DNA of 64,000 nt. Origin: Blepharisma stoltei ATCC 30299 (Eukaryota; Protista; Ciliophora). Below are positions 13,901 through 23,914 of the stretch, piece after piece; positions within the stretch are counted from its first letter, which is position 1, and every line of letters starts with the position of its first letter. The translations under genes were made by a program, and so were the position numbers. A model generated the notes under the pieces. It was not told the origin of the DNA and did no database searches. It was given only the letters and a program-made list of their open reading frames with translations. The stretch is taken from the NCBI GenBank assembly GCA_965603825.1, contig CBFDEM010000023.1:434001-498000 (forward strand). Direction: 5' to 3'.

Positions 13901-14393
13901 TGTGAAAGCTGTACCTCTATTTTTGATGGTTAAAACGGTGGTTCAAACTACTTTAATTGTTTTAAATAAAACAGTCAAACGATCTACAGATATCGGCCAT
14001 GGAATTGTTTTTATCATTATTATGACCATTTATGTTATATTTATTTTTAGATTCAAGCCTTATAATTACGCTAGATATAGTTGATGGCAAGGCTTAACTC
14101 TAATAGGAGTTATATGGCTTGCATTATTATCAACAATTGAGCTAGGTCTTCGAGATCATACTATAGCAACTCCTTTACTTACTGTCTTGATATTTGGATG
14201 AGCCATAATAGTTTTAGTTGGAATTTATGTCCAACGTAAAAGATATCCAAGTTTACTTTTTAAGGAGAAAGCTCGTGACACAAGTCAGCTTTTTAAATTT
14301 GCTTTTACTTTTGGGAAGCAATCACAATCGACTTTAAGCCACTTAAAATTAGCCCAAAAATCATCAAAAACCTTGCCATTTGAGAAACAATAG
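10947..14393 (+). CDS. Membrane receptor B, tandem paralog of receptor A, 1148 aa
   Basis: ORFs 10947, 11430, 12450, 13656 and 13902 are all in one frame, joined by TGA codons, ending at TAG 14391-14393. Colinear with gene A (GSVNSNPTLSSSTEYPAYVRL, YFDALLLTAYGL, FNGCTGRVIIDNGSNDR). Confidence 0.85.
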
Positions 14394-14547
14394 TCATTTT
14401 AATTATTTCCGCTATAAATAGATTAGCAAAACATATTTTAAGATTAATTTTTGTAAAAATATTCCTTCAAGGAAAACCACTATATTATTTAATTTTATTA
14501 AAATTTTTGATTTATCGTTTTCCGAAGTTAAAAATGTTCAAGCTTAT

Positions 14548-15447
14548 TTAATCAGAGCATTTACCTATAACATCTTGAATCCTTTTTGATATATAATCCA
14601 GCTGCCCTGTCAATTTATTGTATCTTTGTTCTAAATCTTTCGAAGAGAAAGGACTTTCAATTTCATTTTCCGTATTAGATGAAAAGGCATGCTTTACTTC
14701 TATAGTCAAGTTTTCTTGACCTTTTGTTCTCCTTTTTTGAGAATATCCAAGTCCTCTTACTCCATTTGTTATGTTTAGCTTCGTACTGACTCCAAGCACT
14801 GTTGTGTTTAGAGCATTTTCTTTCATTTGTTGCTGCCTTGCATATATTTCTGTGTATTTCATTTCTTTGCTATTAGAACAAGCAATCTTATAAGTCGAGC
14901 TTTCTTTTTCAAATAACTTCTTACTTGCATTAAGAGGTTTATCATCTCCCTCTTTCGGTCTCCTATGACTTTCAACGCTAATTTCTCTATCATTTTTCAG
15001 TTTTACAACTTGTGCAAGCGCTTTTCTCTCCATAGTTCTCTTTAGCAAATCTTCTTGGAATTTTATAGGCAAATTTACTTCACATGAGGAAACCTTAGAC
15101 ATAGGAATTAAGCATCGTTTTGGGGATAAAGAGCAGTTTTCAGCAGAAATATTTGATTTACTTATTGTACTTAATGATGGCTTTCTCCACAAACTTGTTG
15201 AAGGGGTTGAAGGGTTCGTTGAGGATCCTCTACCTCTTAACTGAATTGAGTTTGCTTTAAATAAACTTGGTATCGCTAGCTGTATATACTTAGGCTGATT
15301 TCTCATATATGAGTTGTTTTCAGAACGATAAGAAATATTCAATTCTGAATCTGTGTTTATGCTATTCGTTATATCTAAACTTCTCTTTTTTTGGTGATTT
15401 GGCAGATTTATCGCTGATTCCAAATTTCAACAATTAAATTCCTCCAT
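14548..15447 (-). CDS. Hypothetical Ser-rich basic protein, 299 aa
   Basis: The in-frame ATG at 15447 (MEEFNC-W-NLESA) extends the TTG-started ORF through one TGA. No domain recognised. Confidence 0.7.
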
Positions 15448-15536
15448 TTTAAATGTTAAAACTTAGCTTTTTTTAAACTTATTAAGCTAGACTCTCATAA
15501 TAAGACTAATTTAAGATGTGCCTTACCTCACTCATT

Positions 15537-16397
15537 TTATTCAGGAATTTTATTTTCAGTCATAGATATTTCAACCGCTTTTCTTTTGGGTTTACCTTTG
15601 TCTTCGTATTCTTTTATCAAAAAACTAAGCTGAATTGGTATTTTATTGTATACGTCCTGCTTGAACTTTTTAAGGTTAACTCCTGATAGGACCAGATCAT
15701 CTTCACATATAAACACATCAGTTGACCCATCGTCCATAGCAATAAATCCAAATCTGTTTTTCAGCTTATAAAACTTAAGGATACCTGTATATCTGTTCTG
15801 AATAATGGTTTCATCTTGAAATTCGCCTCTTTTCTTCCGTTTCAAAACTGCTGGCTTAAGAGGAGGTGCCTGCAAGATAACTGGCTCTTGTTTTATTTCT
15901 ATATGGTTTGCCTTTTCTTTTGGCTTGATCTCATTGACTGGGGTAGGTGTGAAATCTGAGTCATAGGAGACCTCAGCTCATACAAACTTTTTTTTAATTT
16001 CACTAACTTTATGGGAGACTTGTAGAGGTGAAGCTTTTTCAAGTGGCTGTTTTTCCTCAATTTTTTTGATTATTAAAGAGTCTACTGGGCTTATGGAGGA
16101 ATTTTTGCTTTTGAGATTGTCGATTCGAATTTTATTCTGCTCCCAGCTTATGACGTTTTCAGGGCTATCATCCGCTTCTTCATCAATTATATCAATGTCT
16201 CCCATCACTTTCAGCTGAGAAATAGAGATGGACGCATTAAAAAATATGTTGTGCGGTTTCTTTGGTCCTTGTCTAAATGGAGAAGATCCAAGAGTTGAAG
16301 GTGAGACCTTTGGTTGTATTAGGTTGTCGGATTGCTCAGCTGGATGCTTGTTTTCATGAGAGTGAAGAGTCTTGCTGGGTGGTAATTTATGACTCAT
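15537..16397 (-). CDS. Cold-shock-domain nucleic-acid-binding protein, 286 aa
   Basis: Two same-frame ORFs joined by TGA at 15978. The C-terminal RYTGILKFYKLKNRFGFIAMDDGSTDVFI matches CSD RNP1/RNP2. Confidence 0.85.
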
Positions 16398-16735
16398 GCT
16401 TTATTATGAATAATACTTATATAACCTCTTCTTACTAGATGGCATAAATGGTACTATTCCTGACTGATATAGCTTAAGCCCTTAATATAAATCCAAATTA
16501 TGAATTTACTGAGCATTGCTGCTTAAGAATGATCATAAATCAATAAATTTTTATTTAAAATTTTATTATTTAAATAACCCAGATATTTTATTATATTTTT
16601 AATTAATTGAAACTTCTCTAATTATAGCATTTTTTTCATTCCTTATGTCCACAAAATCTTTATACCTTTACGATTTTCTCTATTTATAAAGAGTTTCGAT
16701 ACTTTAAATTATAAAATTACTATTAAAACTTCAAT

Positions 16736-18178
16736 ATGAGTGAACGAATTTTTTGTCCATATGAAGACTGCGGAAGGGGATTTTTCAATAAAGAAGATTT
16801 AAGAAAGCATTTAACTCGTCGTCATCTCGAAAGAGATTTCCAAGAAGCAGAGCCACCTACAGAAATTATTTCTGAAGCCAAAGAGGAAAATGATATACAA
16901 GAAGCAGATGACACTATTAATGAAATAGAAAAAATGAAAGAAAAGCTCTTCAATACTCAGCCTCAAACAAAAAACGATATAAAAACACCAGACTATATTA
17001 AAGAAGAAATTACCGCTGAAATTGGGCTAAGAGATGGAAAACTTGAAAAAAATGAATTTTTGACTGTTGACTATTTATTAGAAACCACAGGACAAGATAC
17101 CATTGATGATATAACAGAGCTGATTCTGAGAGATAAAAACCTGCAAAGTTTTGAAAGTAGCGAGTTTTTAGATCTAAGCGAGATGATCAGCCTAGAATAT
17201 TTATGTCTATCACACAACAAACTTAAATCAATTGTAGGAGTATCAGAACTATTAGGACTTCAAGAGATCAATGTTAACAACAACATGATTACTGATCTTA
17301 GCCCTCTTGAGTCTCTTTCCCAACTTCGAAAGCTCTTTTGCTCAAATAACCAAATAAAAGTGATATTACCTTTGAAAGGGTTGAAACAACTGAGCACTTT
17401 GAGCATTTATAATAATAAGCTATTTGACTTAGATTCTTCCTTGAAAATACTTCAAGAACTGCCCAAACTTAAAGAGCTAGATATAGATAGAAATCCTTGT
17501 ATTCTGCAAACACAGAATAGCAGATATAGAGTAATCATAAAACTAAAGCTAGAACTTTTAGATGGTGAAGCAATTACAGACGTTGACATTCAAATTGCTC
17601 ATGATTTATATGGTGAATTAGAAACTTTTATTCCTAAGAATTTTGTTGGAAGACTAAGAACGAGTGCAAAAGTACAAGAAGCGAATGAAATGCAGCTGCT
17701 TTATGCTGAAGTTGAAGAGCTTCGAAACGAACTAGAAGAAGTCAAAGAAGAGCGCGATAAATTGCTTCAAGAAAAAGTAGAGCTAAAAAAGGAAGACCCT
17801 GAGTTCCTAAAAGAAGAAAATGAAAGATTAAGGAGAGAGGTAGCTTCAATGTATGTCTTGCTGGATGAGGTAAATGACTTGCGATATAAGCTAAAAGAAG
17901 GAATGGGAGCAGTCGCAAGACAGGTCTTTGAAGAAAATGTAAGACTTAGGGCTAGAGTTGTGGAGCTTGAAAATAAAAAAAAGAAAAATAATAATGAAAT
18001 GAGAAGGCCATATACTGCTGCAACATCAAGACCTATGACTAGTGCTGGAATAATGAGCAGAAATGAAGCAATAAGCGACGAAGTTTTAGAAGCAATGGTA
18101 GAAAGGAATGCCAAAATGCTGAAAGATTTAGAAGTCAAGGTTAACACTTTCAAAACTGACTTATCAAAAAAGAAATAA
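16736..18178 (+). CDS. C2H2 finger + SDS22-like leucine-rich repeats + coiled coil, 480 aa
   Basis: N-terminal CPYEDC..F....L.KHLTRRH; repeats LEYLCLSHNKL, LQEINVNNNMI, LRKLFCSNNQI, LSTLSIYNNKL, LKELDIDRNP; LRR cap YR..VI..L.L..LDG; C-terminal heptads. Confidence 0.85.
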   Translation: MSERIFCPYEDCGRGFFNKEDLRKHLTRRHLERDFQEAEPPTEIISEAKEENDIQEADDTINEIEKMKEKLFNTQPQTKNDIKTPDYIKEEITAEIGLRDGKLEKNEFLTVDYLLETTGQDTIDDITELILRDKNLQSFESSEFLDLSEMISLEYLCLSHNKLKSIVGVSELLGLQEINVNNNMITDLSPLESLSQLRKLFCSNNQIKVILPLKGLKQLSTLSIYNNKLFDLDSSLKILQELPKLKELDIDRNPCILQTQNSRYRVIIKLKLELLDGEAITDVDIQIAHDLYGELETFIPKNFVGRLRTSAKVQEANEMQLLYAEVEELRNELEEVKEERDKLLQEKVELKKEDPEFLKEENERLRREVASMYVLLDEVNDLRYKLKEGMGAVARQVFEENVRLRARVVELENKKKKNNNEMRRPYTAATSRPMTSAGIMSRNEAISDEVLEAMVERNAKMLKDLEVKVNTFKTDLSKKK

Positions 18179-18212
18179 TACAAAATTAATAAATCCTTTT
18201 ATTTATTCCTTC

Positions 18213-19313
18213 CTAATTCAAGTAATTTAAAGAAGAGTATTTCACCATTGGCTTGGCATTTTTCATAAATAGCTTCAAATCGAAGCCTTCTTTCCGCTTG
18301 ACTTTAATATTGCTTGGTGCTAAGCTTTTCTTTAATAAAGACTCACTTGCAAGTTTAATTGCGGATGCATCTATAGTAGCTAAAAATTGAGACGATTCAA
18401 TTTCATTAGTTCTTTTTTCTCCTTCTGGCTTCGTTTTTGAAGAATCCCTAACTTTTCTATCAGAATACAGCCCAGAATAAGTTTTTTCTTCTTTCGAGCA
18501 ATTCGTAGGCTTTTCTTTCAATTTCAGTCTTTCTATTGAAGGCTTAAACGTGCATTCACTCAAGTCACATGATTTTCTATTTTCTCTGGCTGTCTTTAAC
18601 CCTCTCTCTTTTTCAGTTGCCCATTTCATATTTTTTTCATAAAAAGTTTCTTTTGAATTACTTTGCTGATTTTCAGTGCTCTGCAGAAGACCTCTCTGCA
18701 TAGTTTCAGCGCTGGAGAAACCTGATGGTGTTTTTACTCTTGCAGTTTGTGGAGCTCTCGCATTTATATAAAGCTCTGAAGCTTCTCCTGTCGTGAGATC
18801 TATGTGCAATCTTGGAGAAAAGGCTTGAGCAGAATTTTGTCTAGTATGCAAACACTGGGCTCTTAAAAAGGATTTTTTCAGTTCTTTAAACTCTTCTAAC
18901 TTCATATTAGACAGATCAAGTGATTTTAACTTGGGTTTTTCATTCTTCTTCCTTGATTTAGAAGCCTCTGCGAGTTTCGATTTTGATTTTTGACTTACAG
19001 TTGTCGCGTCTCTTTGGCTTGACCTTAGGTTAGGAGAAGTGTCTTGCTTTTTTGCTTGGAGTGTTGCTTTATATACTTGCGATTTGTGTTCTTCTTGCTG
19101 CTGTTGCTGGTCTTCTTGCTCTAAAATTCCGTTCTCTTTCATTTTTATAATCATTGCTACTTTATCGCTCATTTCATCGATTTTTGGCACTGCAGTTACT
19201 TCACGCATCTGCTTATAAATCTGACTTCTCTTCTTAGACCTATTTTCTTCTTGAGTTTTCCGATGCTTTTCCATCATTTCATTCAATTTTTTTTCCCAAC
19301 GTTTGCTTTCCAT
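18213..19313 (-). CDS. Hypothetical basic protein (ciliate-type, ECTFKP motif), ~366 aa
   Basis: The first in-frame ATG is at 19313 (MESKRWEKK). Long ORF ending in TAG; contains LSECTFKPSI. Confidence 0.75.
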   Translation of the reverse strand: MESKRWEKKLNEMMEKHRKTQEENRSKKRSQIYKQMREVTAVPKIDEMSDKVAMIIKMKENGILEQEDQQQQQEEHKSQVYKATLQAKKQDTSPNLRSSQRDATTVSQKSKSKLAEASKSRKKNEKPKLKSLDLSNMKLEEFKELKKSFLRAQCLHTRQNSAQAFSPRLHIDLTTGEASELYINARAPQTARVKTPSGFSSAETMQRGLLQSTENQQSNSKETFYEKNMKWATEKERGLKTARENRKSCDLSECTFKPSIERLKLKEKPTNCSKEEKTYSGLYSDRKVRDSSKTKPEGEKRTNEIESSQFLATIDASAIKLASESLLKKSLAPSNIKVKRKEGFDLKLFMKNAKPMVKYSSLNYLN

Positions 19314-19327
19314 TTCTAATTTATAAA

Positions 19328-20689
19328 ATGAAAATTTTCTTAGGAATTTCAAAAATAGCACTGGCTTTTACGTTACTTATAAGCTACACTTATGGCAATA
19401 TTAAAGTAATTAACCCTAGGCCTTTAGTAGACTATTTTCAAACCATTTACAATAGCAGTTCAATTCCATCTGTATTAGCCTATTTTGGACTTCCGCCATA
19501 TGGGCGCAGTATTATAGGGCAGATTGAAAATGCAGATGATCCTTATGGATGCCGTCACACCTTAATAAACACAACATCTCATGAAGAGCCAGTCCCAAAA
19601 TTCATTATTTTCGATATTGGTGAATGTTCAAATACATTAAAAGTAAAATATGCCCAAGATATCGGCATCAATTGTGTAATTTTAATCAACACAGATGACA
19701 GTGATTTAGAGAAAATAAACATATATGATGACGGAATTGGCTATGAAATCCAAATCCCAACAGTAATTGTTAACAATCGCGATGGAAATAAGCTTAGACA
19801 AGCTGCATTAGAAACTAAAACAGAAATTTCGATAGAATTTGAAATGAAAAGGACTTATTCAATAGTGCAACTTGATGTGTGGATGTCGAGTGACAATTTG
19901 AAGGTTTTTGACTTTTTATCTGATCTTCATGACATGATCCATAAAATTGACTTTGAACTTGTAAAATTTAGGCCTGGATTTGTCCATTGGCAATGTACTG
20001 AGTGCAAAGCAGAAAATTACACCAAAAGCCGTGCTGATTGTTTAAGCGGTGGAAGATACTGTGCAGTTGATCCAGATAATCTTGGGCCTATATCTGGAAG
20101 ATTTGTAGTTGAAGAAGATTTAAGAGAAATATGTCTTTACTCAGTCGTCAGCACAAGTAAGCAGTATGATTTGTGGTTTAAATACATAAAGGATTATCAT
20201 AAGCTATGTAGATCGTCGTTTTCCAATGATTGCTCCAAAGATTTAATGAATAATTTAGGTCTGGATTATAATCAAGTTCAGAATTGCTTACGAACAAGTA
20301 CAGAAGGGAATAGCATTTATATCAATGACAACACATTACTGAGGAACGAAAGGAATAGATGAAAGCAGTCAGGCATTCAATTTTACCCTGCAATCGTAAT
20401 AAATAACCAAACATATAGAGGAAACTGGGAGAGTGAAGAAGTTTGTGAAGCAATTTGTGCATCTTTCGAAAACATGCCAAAGGCTTGCATTAATATGGAG
20501 CATAATCAAAATAATGAAGATATAGCGTCTATAGGATCAGTAGTAGGAATTTTATTAGGAATGATCGCACTTTTTGCTATTGCTTTAGCAGCATATAGAT
20601 ATAAAGTCAAGCAGGAAATGAAGAAAAATATGAGGAGAGAAATAAATGTCCAGGTTTCACAATATTTTTCTCTTCAAGAAAAATATTAA
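19328..20689 (+). CDS. Vacuolar sorting receptor (VSR/BP-80-like): PA domain, thioredoxin-like domain, TM, YxxPhi tail; 453 aa
   Basis: AYFGLPPYG, KVKYAQDIG, IQIPTVIV, CLSGGRYCAVDPD, GRFVVEEDLREICL, YPAIVINNQTYRG (reached through TGA at 20360), TM segment, then QYFSL. No EGF repeats seen. Confidence 0.9.
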
Positions 20690-21279
20690 AACTATTATCT
20701 AATTAATTATTTATTGGCATTAAAGTATTATTCAATTATTGTTAGATATATAAAGGGAAATGGGTGAATTCATTTATTGCTCTTATTTCAAAGCCCTTAT
20801 TTAATGATTTGGACATAAAAATCTTTTAAACAATTTCAATTAAATTCTTATTATCTTGACATTAAATAAATCGATTTACAAAGATTTAATATCAGCAAGA
20901 GCATGATTATTATTAAACTATTTTTGGCTAGTCCTTCTATTCAACTTTTTAGAAAGCCTACTCATAACTTGCAAGAATTCTTATCAGGATTAAAGAAGCA
21001 CTGTACAATTGCATTGGCTTAAAAATATATGAATATTACATCAAGTAAAATTAGCCTTTTCTTTTTGTTTAGCAAAATAAAACTTATACTCCTCCAGCTA
21101 ATTTATTCTTTTAAAATTGTTTCACGTGAATGATAATCTATTTTCAAGATAAATTCAAATTTGTCTTTGAGCATTTGATAATTTTAGCTTAAATCTGATT
21201 ACCACCTTTCTCTATTTTTGAAAATCTATCGCATATGCTAAATATCATGCCTTATTATAAACCCGACATAATAAATATA

Positions 21280-21960
21280 ATGAGCGCTGAAAGAAATAAA
21301 AAGATAATCACAGAGGAAGAATGGAAAAAGCGTATTGATGACTTAAAAATTCCAAAAAAACAGCTTAACCAGTTGGTGATGAATTACTTAGTTCTGGAAG
21401 GCTACAAAACAGCAGCTGAGCAATTCCGCACAGAATCAGGAACTGAGCCAGGGGTCGAATTAAGCACTTTAGAAGACCGAATGAAAATTAGAAACGCCAT
21501 TATGAGAGGGCAGATAGAAGAAGCAATTGACATGATCAACACTTCAAATCCTTTACTTTTACAGCAAAATCAGTCACTTTTCTTCAATTTACGCCTGCAA
21601 AGACTTATTGAATATATTAAAGAAAACCGAATCAGTGAAGCTTTGGGATATGGCCAAGAAGTTCTGGCACCAGCCGCACAAGGAAATAAAGAGTATTTGG
21701 GCGAATTAGAGAAAGCAATGTCATTGCTGGCTTTTAATGATTTATCGACTTCCCCTGTAAGTCATTTAGCCTCAATTTCTCGTCTGCAGCAGATAGCGAG
21801 TGAAGTTAACGCGGCAATTTTGACAAGCCAAGGACAGCCGCCAAATTCCAAGCTTCAAGTGTTTATGAAATTACTATCATGGACACAGAGAAAGCTGGAA
21901 AATACAGTAGAGTTTCCAGTCATTAGAGATTTGGCAGCTGCCAGACTGGAATTACCATAA
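21280..21960 (+). CDS. GID8: GID8/TWA1 subunit of the CTLH/GID E3 complex (LisH-CTLH-CRA)
   Basis: LNQLVMNYLVLEGYKTAAEQF (LisH), RMKIRNAIMRGQIEEAI (CTLH), LEKAMSLLAF, ASEVNAAIL. The likely start is ATG 21280; upstream in-frame ATGs exist at 21235 and 21247. Confidence 0.92.
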   Translation: MSAERNKKIITEEEWKKRIDDLKIPKKQLNQLVMNYLVLEGYKTAAEQFRTESGTEPGVELSTLEDRMKIRNAIMRGQIEEAIDMINTSNPLLLQQNQSLFFNLRLQRLIEYIKENRISEALGYGQEVLAPAAQGNKEYLGELEKAMSLLAFNDLSTSPVSHLASISRLQQIASEVNAAILTSQGQPPNSKLQVFMKLLSWTQRKLENTVEFPVIRDLAAARLELP

Positions 21961-22739
21961 TAATAGATTAGAAGATTAACTAGTAATATTTTTGAGCTAT
22001 ATAACATATATGAATAATAAAAACAAAATTATCTGCATAAAAAAAAAACACTTCATTTCCGATACCAAACGACCTCCGTAAATACAAATTTATGATTATA
22101 AATTAAAAAAGATAAAGATTAAAAATCAAATATTGTTTTTTATTAATAGAAAAAGCCAAACAAACACGGTTTCAATTTAAAAATTCGCTCATTTTATATT
22201 AATATTAGATCAATCAAATTTTTAAAGTAAAAAAAAGCTTACTTATTTAATCTGACTAACTCAAAAGAAACAGATCATATATTTCGGAAAATTAGAAAGA
22301 GCTATATTTTAAAGCAAAGAAAAATATTTAATCTACATATTTATACCATATTTTGAAAAAATTTAATAATTTTTAATATTTCGAACAATTTGATTTCATT
22401 CTATATTTTTTAAAATCAAAAAAATATTCATTCGATACAAAATCTTTCCTAAATCTCATTTTATGATTTAAGTATTTATTTACTTAAGTGCAAGCACTAT
22501 ACACTGTAGTTTCAAATCCTGATTGTTCAATATCAGAAATCTGTTATCAGTTTATTGATAAGTATAAATGGAAAAAACTGTCAAGGTTTCATAAATAATA
22601 ATTGAAGGCATCAGTTTTAAAAATAATAGTTTAATATAAAAATCTCATTATCACTTCTGATTATTCCCCAATTTTTTATTTTTTGTACAATAAAATATCT
22701 TTTCATCTTTAAATTTTGCTGGCTTATAGAACAATAAAT

Positions 22740-23897
22740 ATGAAAGTTGCCGATAAGGTTACCAGTGTTGGTCGCGGAGAATATAAGTTCAGCAAGCTTC
22801 CTCAGCATGGCAATATCATTGCAGAGTACATCTGGATAGGAGGCAGAGGCCTTGACATCCGCTCTAAAAGCAGGACTCTTGAAATCCCTAAGGTCAACTC
22901 ATTAGACGATCTCCCAGACTGGAATTACGATGGTTCTTCTACTTTCCAAGCTGATGGTCATGACAGTGAAATCCTTCTCAGGCCAAGAGTATTTTTCCCA
23001 GATCCTTTCAGATTAGGAAACAACGTTTTAGTACTGTGTGATACGTGGAAGCCAGACGGAAGCCCTACTAACACCAATTTCCGCACAGACTGCTTAAAAG
23101 TGATGACCTCAGTAGCTGATGAAGAGCCTTGGTTTGGGTTTGAACAGGAATACGTCCTTTACCGTAATGATTGTTACCCTCATAGACCTCTAGGGTTCCC
23201 TGACGGCGGCTATCCAGCACCACAAGGGCCTTATTATTGCAGCGTTGGTGGAGGTTGTGCATTTGGAAGACAAATAATGGAAGCTCACTATAGGTGTTGC
23301 TTGTACTCAGGAATCAAAATTTCTGGCACAAATAGTGAAGTGTTCCCTGGACAATGGGAATTCCAGATAGGTCCACTAACTGGAATTGACCTTGGTGACC
23401 ACGTCTGGATGGCGCGATACCTATTATTAAGAGTTGCAGAGCATTTCGGGACTTCCGTCAACTGGGAATGCAAACCGGTTATCGGGGAATGGAACGGATC
23501 TGGCTGCCATGCTAATTTTTCAACCAAATCTACTAGAGCTGAAGGAGGAATGGATGTGATTCATAGATACATCGAAAAATTAAGAGAAAAGCACTCATAC
23601 TGCATTGACGGATATGGAAAAGACAACGCAAAAAGACTATCAGGGACCTGCGAGACCTCAAATATCAACACTTTCAGCTTTGGAGTTGCTGACCGTGGAG
23701 CATCTATCAGAATACCAAGAGCTACTGCATCTAGTGGCAGAGGTTATCTTGAAGACAGAAGACCAGCTTCTAACTCAGACCCATATGTAGTTTCTGCATT
23801 ATTGGCTGACGTTGCCATTCTTGATGGAGCTGGCACTCAGGAGCTTCATGATAGATACATGGCTTTCCTTAATTCAGTTCGCCCAATAATCATTTAA
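22740..23897 (+). CDS. GLN1: Glutamine synthetase type II
   Basis: AEYIWIGG, RSKSRT, WNYDGSST.QA, PWFGFEQEY, PQGPYYC, NSEVFPGQWEFQIGP, WNGSGCHANFST, RGASIRIP, GYLEDRRPASNSDPY. Confidence 0.97.
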   Translation: MKVADKVTSVGRGEYKFSKLPQHGNIIAEYIWIGGRGLDIRSKSRTLEIPKVNSLDDLPDWNYDGSSTFQADGHDSEILLRPRVFFPDPFRLGNNVLVLCDTWKPDGSPTNTNFRTDCLKVMTSVADEEPWFGFEQEYVLYRNDCYPHRPLGFPDGGYPAPQGPYYCSVGGGCAFGRQIMEAHYRCCLYSGIKISGTNSEVFPGQWEFQIGPLTGIDLGDHVWMARYLLLRVAEHFGTSVNWECKPVIGEWNGSGCHANFSTKSTRAEGGMDVIHRYIEKLREKHSYCIDGYGKDNAKRLSGTCETSNINTFSFGVADRGASIRIPRATASSGRGYLEDRRPASNSDPYVVSALLADVAILDGAGTQELHDRYMAFLNSVRPIII

Positions 23898-23914
23898 TAG
23901 AAATTCTATTCAAA

